From the IMG/VR virus record IMGVR_UViG_3300045972_000138, positions 62,001 through 126,000 of that record: DNA of 64,000 nt; one strand, 5' to 3'. Position 1 is the stretch's first letter, and every line of letters starts with the position of its first letter. Under the pieces are notes generated by a model. That model had not been told where the DNA came from. It was given only the letters and a program-made list of their open reading frames with translations, and did not search any database. Positions 44,831 to 53,957 of the stretch are shown here, in pieces. Made by a program: the position numbers and the translations under genes.

Positions 44831-45577
44831 TTAATCTTCTTCTCCATAGATCTCTAAGACATCTGCAACTAATGGATCACGTTCGATATGTTCTCTGCCA
44901 AATTTGCATACTTGCATAGAATCTTTGCGATATCCCACTAATCTCTCTAAGAAGTCTTTAAGACCATTCTGCGAGAATCCACGATCATGTTGCTTTAAGT
45001 CTCCGGTTAAAACCATAGAGCTATTCTCGCCGATACGTGTCAATAACATCTTCATCTGATCAGGTGTAGCATTCTGCATTTCATCAGCAATGATGTAAGC
45101 ATTCTTGAATGTACGACCGCGCATGAAGCCTAACGGTGCAATTTCAATTGTACCATCTTCTAGCATTCGTGCGGTTTCTTGTAATCCATAATATTCTTCG
45201 AATACGTCAAATATAGGGCGAGTCCACGGCTCCATTTTTTCATTCAAAGTGCCTGGCAAAAATCCGTGTTTTTCGTCAACACTTACTGCCGGGCGGGTTA
45301 AAATAATCTTCGTAACCTCTTGCGAGCGAAGGGCTTGTATAGCTCTTAATACAGCTAAAAGTGTCTTACCGGTACCTGCAGGTCCGACTGCGAATACCAT
45401 GCGTTTTTCCAATAGTGCTTCTACATACGTCTCCTGGGCCGTATTACGTGGAAGTAATTCTACTTTTTTGTGATGTCTATTACCTAATCTAACTACAATG
45501 TCAGCTTTTGGTGCAGTTTGATTATGTGGTGTGGAACGGACTGGCGATACTTTGGCCATTTTACGATTTTTGCTCAA
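44831..45577 (-). CDS. phoH: PhoH-family ATPase
   Basis: GPAGTGKT, LTRPAV, GFLPG, EIAPLGFMRGRTF, DEMQN, TRIGE, TGDLKQ; TTG start 7 nt after AAGGAG. Confidence 0.93.
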   Translation of the reverse strand: MSKNRKMAKVSPVRSTPHNQTAPKADIVVRLGNRHHKKVELLPRNTAQETYVEALLEKRMVFAVGPAGTGKTLLAVLRAIQALRSQEVTKIILTRPAVSVDEKHGFLPGTLNEKMEPWTRPIFDVFEEYYGLQETARMLEDGTIEIAPLGFMRGRTFKNAYIIADEMQNATPDQMKMLLTRIGENSSMVLTGDLKQHDRGFSQNGLKDFLERLVGYRKDSMQVCKFGREHIERDPLVADVLEIYGEED

Positions 45578-45686
45578 GGTTGTGCTCCTTAGTGTGATTA
45601 AATTTTCTGACGAGGGGGTACTTAGTGGAGCGAGTCCACTAACAGGAACTTCGATTGTTTTATCGAATGTATTTTGCATACAAGGA

Positions 45687-45694
45687 TATTTATC
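45687..45694 (-). promoter_or_regulatory. Late promoter box GATAAATA
   Basis: ~110 nt upstream of phoH start; leader contains two hairpins. Confidence 0.55.
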
Positions 45695-45761
45695 GTATTA
45701 TCGGCCAATGTTCATATTTTAACACCTAAAATCCGAAACAAAGTAAATCTTCATTTACATT

Positions 45762-45769
45762 GATAAATA
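45762..45769 (+). promoter_or_regulatory. Late promoter box GATAAATA
   Basis: Heads the 45788-50435 operon. Confidence 0.65.
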
Positions 45770-45787
45770 CTAAAAACGAGGATAACA

Positions 45788-46396
45788 ATGTCGACAGATC
45801 TTGATAGTATTAAAAAGACTTTAGTGAGTATTTCTAAGGGTAACAATATCCTTGATACTTTGCTTGAGTTTGAGCGCACATTAGACAATGCAGAGATTTT
45901 TGCATACAAGAACTGGATTCTTGGCGAATTAGTGGAAGGTCCTATTATCAGTAGGTACTGGTATAAGACTGTATGGATGTATCCATATGCTATGATGCCC
46001 GATCCTGATGCAGGATTACGCCTAACTAAACTTGGTGCTAAAGTTAACTTTAGAAAAGGCACATTCAAGAAGCCTGTTAAAGTACACGGCCCCGAAGATT
46101 GGCAAAATCCAGAGTCTAAAAAAGCCAAAATGGCAGAACACGAAATATGGTTGGTTACTATTGACATGCCGTTAAAGTATATCAATCACGGTTTAGACGA
46201 ACTTGATGATATCATTGCACAAGACATTGAAGAAACTAATGCTGCACTTGCCGATGCGTATGAAGAAATGCCAGAGCAAGATATGGGCATGGACCAAACT
46301 GGTATGGATCAAGGCGGAATGGGCGGTGACATGGGTAGTATGGATATGTCTGGTGGAGCAGGTGGTCAAGATATGCAACAAGGTGGACCACAATGA
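45788..46396 (+). CDS. Conserved phage hypothetical protein
   Basis: LLEFERTLD...YAYKNW-like, GELVEGP, MPDPDAG; G/M/Q-rich tail. Confidence 0.75.
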   Translation: MSTDLDSIKKTLVSISKGNNILDTLLEFERTLDNAEIFAYKNWILGELVEGPIISRYWYKTVWMYPYAMMPDPDAGLRLTKLGAKVNFRKGTFKKPVKVHGPEDWQNPESKKAKMAEHEIWLVTIDMPLKYINHGLDELDDIIAQDIEETNAALADAYEEMPEQDMGMDQTGMDQGGMGGDMGSMDMSGGAGGQDMQQGGPQ

Positions 46397-47145
46397 GCCT
46401 AAAGAACGAAGATCTTAAAGGTACTATATTACCTGCTGTATCTATAGACGAATTCGAGCCAAAATCCGGCGACAATGACAGCATTATTGTTGTTGCATTT
46501 TACCTTACAGACAAAGACCCCGCAGATGATCTTAATACGTTTATTCAACGTGGCGTAGTAGATGTACTTGATACCGAAGTAAGTCCAAATACAGACGACG
46601 ATGGCAGATATCTTGTATTCGTTGAAATGTCAAGGGATGAGTCATTCCCGGAAAAATTCAAGGCCTTGTTACGTGATGTAAAAAATGTGGCAGGCAAGAC
46701 AGATTGGAAGGTAAGAACATATCTATCCGACGGTAATGAATTTTCTCCAGAAGATCCAGAATTATATAGTCACGTTATTGTTGACCCAGAAGAAAATATT
46801 ACCAAGGATGAGTTTATGAAAGAATCGTTAGAAGAAAATGTAAAATCATTCTTAAAAGATGCACATATTATGTACTGGAATTTTGAAGGCAATAATATGA
46901 CATTGGGTACAGGTTCGAGGAAGATTATTGCAGAAGTTATCGACGTCGGCGATTACGATACAGTTATTGGTCGTAACCTATTAGGCGAATCCGCATTCAA
47001 ATTGACAAACCGCCCAATAGAAGCTACAGTACTTACAGGCATGTTAGGTGTTTATGATGTTATGCCAATTGACAATTATCTATGCGTTGGTAAAGACGAT
47101 AAAGTTATGTTGTTAAAGAACACCGAAATTAAATACAGAGGATAA
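46393..47145 (+). CDS. Conserved phage hypothetical protein
   Basis: SIDEFEPKSG, ADDLNTFIQRG, YLVFVEM. Confidence 0.75.
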   Translation: MSLKNEDLKGTILPAVSIDEFEPKSGDNDSIIVVAFYLTDKDPADDLNTFIQRGVVDVLDTEVSPNTDDDGRYLVFVEMSRDESFPEKFKALLRDVKNVAGKTDWKVRTYLSDGNEFSPEDPELYSHVIVDPEENITKDEFMKESLEENVKSFLKDAHIMYWNFEGNNMTLGTGSRKIIAEVIDVGDYDTVIGRNLLGESAFKLTNRPIEATVLTGMLGVYDVMPIDNYLCVGKDDKVMLLKNTEIKYRG

Positions 47146-47148
47146 AAC

Positions 47149-47364
47149 TTGGCTAAAGATGATGTGATAGTTACAAGAGGACGCATTACTGATGCAAGTC
47201 CTGGTGCCCGATTCAAAGTTACACTAGATAATGGGCATATTATGAATGCAGTAGTAAGCGGCAAAATCCGCAAAAACAATATTCAAATCATTTTGGATGA
47301 CGTAGTAGAAATTGAAATGAGCCCATATGATATGAATCTGGGCCGAATTATTTACAGATTGTAA
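47149..47364 (+). CDS. infA: Translation initiation factor IF-1
   Basis: MAKDDVI...FKVTLDNGH...VSGKIRKNNIQI..DDVV.IEMSPYD...GRIIYR; TTG start. Confidence 0.92.
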   Translation: MAKDDVIVTRGRITDASPGARFKVTLDNGHIMNAVVSGKIRKNNIQIILDDVVEIEMSPYDMNLGRIIYRL

Positions 47365-47376
47365 AGAAAGCTTAAC

Positions 47377-48210
47377 ATGAGCAAACGGGATTACTACGAG
47401 ATTCTCGGCGTTGCTAAAGGTGCATCCGAAGATGACATCAAAAAAGCCTATCGTAAACTTGCGATGAAATTTCACCCAGACCGAGTTGCTGAAGGTGATA
47501 AGGCTGCTGCCGAGCTGCAATTCAAGGAAGCAAAAGAAGCATATGAGTGTTTAAGTGAACCTCAGAAACGTGCTGCATACGACCAACATGGTCACGCATC
47601 TACTGATCCAAACTTTGGTAGAGGTGGGTTTAATCCGGGCGGCGCAGGTGGTCAGTTCCATCATACAGTCGACATCAATGAAATATTTGGTAGTATGTTT
47701 GGCGGAAATCACCCGTTTGGTAATATGTTCAATCAAACACGGGCACAACAACAGCGCCACGCAATTAATATATCTTTAGAAGATGCATATATTGGCAAAC
47801 AATTAAAATTGCCAGGCGGTGCAACTATTAATATTCCAGCAGGTGTGCGCCATGGAACAAGATTTATTCACGATAATGCAATATACGATATAAATATTTT
47901 ACAGCACCCTAAATTTAAAAGATCAAATGACGATTTATTAGTTGATATCGAGATAACTGCAATTGAGGCAATGCTGAGTATTGATGTACAACTTGACCAT
48001 TTAGATAATGCTGTGTTACAATTTACTGTACCTGCCGGTATACAGACTGGTCAGGTTGTTAGATTGGGCAGCAAAGGTATGAAAAATCCCGAAACCGATA
48101 GGTCAGGTGATTTGATGATTAGAATTACCGTTACTACACCAAAAAATCTAACACCTGAACAAATTGCATTCTTAAAAACAATGCAGCCTCGTAGTATGTT
48201 GACAATTTAA
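47377..48210 (+). CDS. Class B J-domain chaperone (DnaJ/CbpA-like, no Zn finger)
   Basis: [18 protein letters not shown]-rich linker, C-terminal substrate domain; no CxxCxGxG. Confidence 0.9.
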   Translation: MSKRDYYEILGVAKGASEDDIKKAYRKLAMKFHPDRVAEGDKAAAELQFKEAKEAYECLSEPQKRAAYDQHGHASTDPNFGRGGFNPGGAGGQFHHTVDINEIFGSMFGGNHPFGNMFNQTRAQQQRHAINISLEDAYIGKQLKLPGGATINIPAGVRHGTRFIHDNAIYDINILQHPKFKRSNDDLLVDIEITAIEAMLSIDVQLDHLDNAVLQFTVPAGIQTGQVVRLGSKGMKNPETDRSGDLMIRITVTTPKNLTPEQIAFLKTMQPRSMLTI

Positions 48211-48218
48211 GGAATAAA

Positions 48219-50435
48219 ATGAGTACCAAAAGAGTTGAGAAGATGATTGAACGTGCAGTTAGTATTGCAAATGATAACAATCACGAATATATAACACTAG
48301 AGCATATTCTGCTTTCGTTAATGCACGAAAAAGAAGTTAACGAACTTATTATCGGTATTGGTAGCACACCTGCTAAAGTAAAGACCGAAGTTATTACATT
48401 TCTAGGTGACCCTGCACTTAAGAAGCCCGACGCACTAAAAGATGTTCCCGCTAAACGCACTACAGTTCTTCAACGAACAATGCAGCGGGCGCTAACTCAG
48501 CTTGTGTTTAGTGGGCGCAATGAATTAACTTCCGAAGCCGTATTGCTTAGTATCCTTAGTGAAGAAACAAGTCACGCATATTACTTCCTTGCTAAGAATG
48601 GTATTAGCCGTGAAAAGATTATTGCATTCTTGCGTAAGAATGATGAAAAAGCAGCGTCTGCTGAAGAAAGTCCGCTTGATTTGTATGCAAGAAACCTAAA
48701 CAAAGAGGCAGCAGATGGTACTATTGATCCTGTTATTGGCCGTGTTAAAGAAGTAAGAGACACAATTGAAATCTTAGCACGTCGTAAGAAAAACAATGTA
48801 GTTTATGTAGGTGAACCGGGGGTTGGTAAAACAGCTCTTGCGGAAGGCCTAGCTCTAAAGATTGTTGAAAAAGATGTGCCAAAAGCATTGCAAGACAAAG
48901 TTGTTTACAGCTTGGACATTGGTGCACTAATTGCTGGTACTAAATTCCGCGGTGACTTTGAAGAGCGCCTTAAAGGTGTGCTTGACGAAGTTAAGAAGTT
49001 GGGTAACGTCATTATGTTTATTGACGAAATTCATATGGTACTTGGTGCTGGTTCATCGACCGGTAGTACAATGGATGCAGGTAACTTACTCAAGCCTATG
49101 TTGGCCAAAGGCCAGCTTATGTGCGTTGGCGCTACCACATACGATGAATTTCACGAACACTTCGAAAAAGACAAGGCATTGCTGCGTCGTTTCCAGAAGT
49201 ACGATATTGTGCAACCGACAGTTGCAGAAACAAAGCAAATACTTGCTGGCGTACAAAAATACTACGAAAAATTCCACGGTGTTACATACGAACCCGGAAC
49301 AACAGATCAATGTGTTGATTTGGCCGATCGTTATATGAAGAACAAATTCTTCCCAGACAAAGCACTGGACATTATGGATGCTGCTGGTGCAGTAGCTAAA
49401 CTAGAAGAAAAACTCACTGTTACAGTGCAACAGGTGCTTGAACAAGCATCTAAGATTGCTAAGATCCCAATGGATATGATGGACATTAAGGCAAATGATG
49501 CACTTGCTAACTTAGAACCACGTTTGAAGAACAAGGTATATGGTCAAGACGAAGCTATTGTATCGCTAGTAGAAGCAATCTATATGGCTAAGTCTGGATT
49601 GCGTAATCCTGTTAAACCAATTGGTAATTTCTTGTTTACAGGTACTACTGGTTCTGGTAAGACTTACACAGCCAAGAAGCTTGCAGAATTGCTTGGCGTA
49701 AAACTTGTACGTTTTGATATGTCCGAGTATATGGAAAAGCATTCTATCTCCAAACTTATTGGTGCTCCTCCGGGATATGTTGGACACGGCGAAGGTAAGA
49801 TGGGTGAAGGTCAACTTATTGCCGAAGTAGATGCTAATCCAAACTGTGTATTGTTGCTTGACGAAATTGAAAAAGCTGCACCAGAAGTGTTTACAGTTCT
49901 ATTGCAAGTTATGGATGATGGCCGCTTAACTTCCAGCAAGGGTAAGACTGTTGACTTCTCCAATATTATTCTTATTATGTCTGCCAATGCAGGTGCAGCA
50001 GATGCAGAACGTAAGCGCATTGGTTTTGGAAATCAAGATAATAGCAGCGCAGTTGATGCGGAATTAAAGCGTCTGTTTACTCCTGAATTCCGCAATCGTT
50101 TAGATGCTACTATTAAGTTCAACAAACTTGGCTTAGAAGAAATGCGTATGATTGTTAATGCAGAAATCGAAAAGACAGAACTAATGTTGGAACCAAAGAA
50201 CATTACATTGACTGTTACATCAGCTGCACGCGACTGGTTATCTACAAACGGATTAGATCCGCTTATGGGTGCAAGACCATTCGAACGCTTGTTTGAAACA
50301 AAGGTTAAGAAGCCATTGTCTAAGGAAATCCTATTTGGTACACTTAAAGATGGTGGCCGTATTGTAGTAGATCAAGGTGGTGACGAACTTCGCATCGAAA
50401 CGCACCCACATATGCCTACAGTAACAATAGTTTAA
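48219..50435 (+). CDS. clpA: ATP-dependent Clp protease ATPase ClpA
   Basis: HEYITLEHILL, GEPGVGKT, GTKFRGDFEERL, GTTGSGKT, RFDMSEYME, GAPPGYVG, IGF loop, GARP. Confidence 0.93.
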   Translation: MSTKRVEKMIERAVSIANDNNHEYITLEHILLSLMHEKEVNELIIGIGSTPAKVKTEVITFLGDPALKKPDALKDVPAKRTTVLQRTMQRALTQLVFSGRNELTSEAVLLSILSEETSHAYYFLAKNGISREKIIAFLRKNDEKAASAEESPLDLYARNLNKEAADGTIDPVIGRVKEVRDTIEILARRKKNNVVYVGEPGVGKTALAEGLALKIVEKDVPKALQDKVVYSLDIGALIAGTKFRGDFEERLKGVLDEVKKLGNVIMFIDEIHMVLGAGSSTGSTMDAGNLLKPMLAKGQLMCVGATTYDEFHEHFEKDKALLRRFQKYDIVQPTVAETKQILAGVQKYYEKFHGVTYEPGTTDQCVDLADRYMKNKFFPDKALDIMDAAGAVAKLEEKLTVTVQQVLEQASKIAKIPMDMMDIKANDALANLEPRLKNKVYGQDEAIVSLVEAIYMAKSGLRNPVKPIGNFLFTGTTGSGKTYTAKKLAELLGVKLVRFDMSEYMEKHSISKLIGAPPGYVGHGEGKMGEGQLIAEVDANPNCVLLLDEIEKAAPEVFTVLLQVMDDGRLTSSKGKTVDFSNIILIMSANAGAADAERKRIGFGNQDNSSAVDAELKRLFTPEFRNRLDATIKFNKLGLEEMRMIVNAEIEKTELMLEPKNITLTVTSAARDWLSTNGLDPLMGARPFERLFETKVKKPLSKEILFGTLKDGGRIVVDQGGDELRIETHPHMPTVTIV

Positions 50436-50452
50436 ATTAAAACCAGGTAGAT

Positions 50453-50478
50453 AAAAAAGCCCCGCAAGGGGCTTTTTT
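50453..50478 (+). terminator. Intrinsic terminator
   Basis: AAAAAAGCCCC-GCAA-GGGGCTTTTTT. Confidence 0.9.
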
Positions 50479-50504
50479 ACGGGCGTTAATTATTATCCTT
50501 TTCT

Positions 50505-50512
50505 GATAAATA
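50505..50512 (+). promoter_or_regulatory. Late promoter box GATAAATA
   Basis: Heads structural block. Confidence 0.7.
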
Positions 50513-50530
50513 ACAGTAAAGAGGAATACT

Positions 50531-50968
50531 ATGGCAATTAGAAAATCAGTTTATATGCTCACAAACACAGGAACCAAATGGAATGCGTTCGGTGAGCCTA
50601 TCAGAGCCGATGCTTACTATGGCTATACTGACGGTATTCACACCGTACAAGTAATATATCAGAATTTTGTAGGCGGATTTGGTTTACAAGGCACACTAGC
50701 ATTAGACCCTCAACCAGAAGATTGGTTTTATATTAAAATGAATCTTTGGGGCGATGTGAATACACCATTTATGACTTTCCCAGTTGATCCAATGGCACCT
50801 ACCGGTTCAAATGGCGGCGATACTGGCTCTATGGCAACAACGTTTATGGGTAACTTCGTTTACCTAAGAGCAGTATTGACACGAGATTATATAGCGCCTA
50901 TCACAGTAGATCAGGCGTGGCAAGATTGGCAATGGGGCCAAATTGATTCAGTATTATTGAGCTTATAA
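50531..50968 (+). CDS. Putative virion structural protein
   Basis: Late box; YYGYTDGIHTV...F.G..GLQGTLA..P...DWF, F.GNFVYLRA. Confidence 0.65.
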   Translation: MAIRKSVYMLTNTGTKWNAFGEPIRADAYYGYTDGIHTVQVIYQNFVGGFGLQGTLALDPQPEDWFYIKMNLWGDVNTPFMTFPVDPMAPTGSNGGDTGSMATTFMGNFVYLRAVLTRDYIAPITVDQAWQDWQWGQIDSVLLSL

Positions 50969-50978
50969 GGAATAGAAT

Positions 50979-53957
50979 ATGATAGTTGGTCAAAATGCTC
51001 TGTTAAATCAATATGTCCCAACATTTTATATTAAGAATATTGTTGACGGCCAAGGGCTTCGTTACGATGCTGTAAGAAAAGCATACGTTAACGCAGACGT
51101 TGGTGGGTCAGGCACGGCACAAAAATTAGGTGACTTATTAAATGTTACACCTACAGTAGATAGTCCTAATCCTACCCTTGCAGATGGGCAGGCATTAGTA
51201 TATAACGCATTAACTAGTCTATGGCAAAACCAGTTCGTAGACTATAATACTCTGCTAAACAAACCGGTCATTCCAACAAATAGCAGTTTTAGTTTCATTG
51301 GGTTAAGTGATACTGCCAAACCTTCGCTTCCGAGCGGTTATGTAAAATGGAATTCAGCTGGAACACAGCTGGTCTACTCTACCACTATACCAGCTTCGAA
51401 TATTTCAGGTCTTGCTACTGTGGCTACTACCGGTGATTATAATGACCTTATAAACAAGCCGACTACATTAGGTACGGTTACAACAGTTTCTGTTGTATCG
51501 GCTAATGGCGTTAGTGGCTCTGTTGCTAACCCAACATCCACACCGGCCATAACATTAACTTTAGGTAATATTACGCCAACCAGCGTAACAGCAACTGGCA
51601 CAATTTCGGGTAGCAATTTTAGTGGATCTAGCACTGGTACAAATACAGGTGATCAAACTATTACGTTAACCGGTGATGTAACTGGTTCAGGTAAAACAAG
51701 TTTCCCAACTACATTAGCGACGGTAAATAGCTCGCCAGTAACTAATTCCTTTCAAAAGGTAACAGTTAACGGTAAAGGTTTAGTAACTGCTACTTCTTTA
51801 GTATTAGCAGCAGATATTACAACTACTCTTGGTTATACTCCGTATAACTCTACAAATCCAGCAGGTTACACAAGTAACTTAGGTACAGTAACGAGCGTAG
51901 GTGCAACAGGTTCTGCAGCAATATTAGTTAGCGGTAGTCCAATTACTACATCAGGTTCATTTGCAATTGATTTAGCAAATACTACAGTAATTGCTGGTTC
52001 ATATACTAATGCAAACATAACAATCGATTCTAAAGGTCGTATTACTTCTGCAGTTAACGGAGTATCTGGTGGTGTAACATCGTTCAACACACGAACAGGT
52101 GCTATTACATTAACTAATAATGACGTTACAACAGCATTAGGTTATACTCCATATAATTCAACTAACCCTGCAGGTTATATTTCTAGCGCAGTTACTTCTG
52201 TAACTGGCCAAGGTAATGTAAGCGGATTAACATTATCGGGTACCGTTACTTCTACAGGTGCATTAACTCTTGGTGGTTCTTTAGTATTAACTAGCGCACA
52301 AATTACAACAGGATTAGGTTATGTCCCTTACAATTCTACTAATCCTGCTGGTTATACGAGTAATACTGGTACTGTCACGTCGGTAGGATTAACTGGCTCT
52401 GTTGATGTTACAGTCACAGGTACTTCACCTATAACTACTACGGGTTCCTTTGGTCTTGCACTTTCTAATACAACAGTTGCACCAGGTACATACGGATCTA
52501 GCGCAAGTGTTCCACAATTTACTGTTGACGTAAAAGGTCGTGTAACAAATGTTACAAACATCCCAATTAGCGGCGCAGCAGGTGGCACAGTTACAAGTGT
52601 TAGTGGTACTGGTACAGTAAGTGGCTTAACCTTATCAGGGACTGTAACAAGTTCGGGTAATTTAGTTCTTGGCGGTTCTTTAGTATTAACTAGCACACAG
52701 ATTACAACAGGTCTCGGATTTACGCCATATAACGCAACAAATCCAGCAGGATATACAAGCAACACAGGTACTGTTACATCCGTAACAGGATCAGGCGGAA
52801 CTACAGGCTTAACATTAGCCGGTGGCCCAATTACTACAGCAGGAACGCTAACACTTGGTGGAACGCTTTCTATTGCAAACGGTGGTACAGGTGCAACAAC
52901 AGCGGTAAATGCTATAAATGCGTTGTTACCTGCTCAAACAGGTAATGCAGGCAAATATTTAACAACAGACGGAACTACTGTTTCTTGGACAGCAGAAGCA
53001 GCAGAAGTGTTAAGCTTTAATGGTCGCACAGGAAATGTTACATTGGTAAGTTCGGATGTTACAACAGCGTTAGGATATACTCCTGGCACAGGTAGCGTAA
53101 CATCTGTAGGCGGTACAGGAACAGTAAGCGGTTTAACACTAACTGGATCAGTTACAACATCTGGTAATTTAACACTTGGCGGCACACTAGTATTAACAAG
53201 TGGCCAAGTAACAACAGCTTTAGGTTATACTCCTGGTACTGGTAATGGTTCGGTTACTTCTGTAACAGTAAATGGTACCGCAGGTAGAATAACAAGCACA
53301 GGTTCGCCAATCACAAATAGTGGATCTATTACGGTAGACTTAGCAACATCAGGCGCAACAGCAGGTACATATGGTAGTTCAACTACTGTACCACAAATTG
53401 TTGTCGATACATATGGTCGTATTACTTCTGTAAATAACATAGGTATTCCACTAACAACAGGTACTGTCACTTCTGTAGCGGCCGCAGGCGCACAAGGTGT
53501 AACAGTTTCCGGATCGCCTATTACAGGCGCAGGCACATTAAATATTGGATTAGGTGCAATTACTCCTACAAGCGTAGCAGCAACAGGCACAGTTACTGGT
53601 TCAAATTTAAGTGGAACAAACACAGGTGACCAAACAATTACAGCATCGGGTGATGCTACTGGTGTGTCTACAGGCACAGGAAATTCAACTGCATTACCGC
53701 TAACATTAGCAACAGTAAACGCCACACCAGGTACTTACGGAGATTCATCTAATATCTCCGTAGTAACGGTAAATAACAAAGGATTGGTAACTTCGGTAGT
53801 AACAACACCAGTTGATATAACAGTAAGTGATTTACTGCCAGCTGATGGTTCAACTACAGAAACATTTACCATAGCCACAAGGCATCAATATATTGTAACG
53901 GGAAGACTTGAAATAGTTGGTCACGTTATTAACAACGGGAGAATTGCAATTCTATGA
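50979..53957 (+). CDS. Repeat-rich tail fibre-like protein
   Basis: Thr/Gly/Ser-rich; repeated GTVTSV, YTxANITVDxxGRIT, LGYTPYN modules. Confidence 0.7.
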   Translation: MIVGQNALLNQYVPTFYIKNIVDGQGLRYDAVRKAYVNADVGGSGTAQKLGDLLNVTPTVDSPNPTLADGQALVYNALTSLWQNQFVDYNTLLNKPVIPTNSSFSFIGLSDTAKPSLPSGYVKWNSAGTQLVYSTTIPASNISGLATVATTGDYNDLINKPTTLGTVTTVSVVSANGVSGSVANPTSTPAITLTLGNITPTSVTATGTISGSNFSGSSTGTNTGDQTITLTGDVTGSGKTSFPTTLATVNSSPVTNSFQKVTVNGKGLVTATSLVLAADITTTLGYTPYNSTNPAGYTSNLGTVTSVGATGSAAILVSGSPITTSGSFAIDLANTTVIAGSYTNANITIDSKGRITSAVNGVSGGVTSFNTRTGAITLTNNDVTTALGYTPYNSTNPAGYISSAVTSVTGQGNVSGLTLSGTVTSTGALTLGGSLVLTSAQITTGLGYVPYNSTNPAGYTSNTGTVTSVGLTGSVDVTVTGTSPITTTGSFGLALSNTTVAPGTYGSSASVPQFTVDVKGRVTNVTNIPISGAAGGTVTSVSGTGTVSGLTLSGTVTSSGNLVLGGSLVLTSTQITTGLGFTPYNATNPAGYTSNTGTVTSVTGSGGTTGLTLAGGPITTAGTLTLGGTLSIANGGTGATTAVNAINALLPAQTGNAGKYLTTDGTTVSWTAEAAEVLSFNGRTGNVTLVSSDVTTALGYTPGTGSVTSVGGTGTVSGLTLTGSVTTSGNLTLGGTLVLTSGQVTTALGYTPGTGNGSVTSVTVNGTAGRITSTGSPITNSGSITVDLATSGATAGTYGSSTTVPQIVVDTYGRITSVNNIGIPLTTGTVTSVAAAGAQGVTVSGSPITGAGTLNIGLGAITPTSVAATGTVTGSNLSGTNTGDQTITASGDATGVSTGTGNSTALPLTLATVNATPGTYGDSSNISVVTVNNKGLVTSVVTTPVDITVSDLLPADGSTTETFTIATRHQYIVTGRLEIVGHVINNGRIAIL

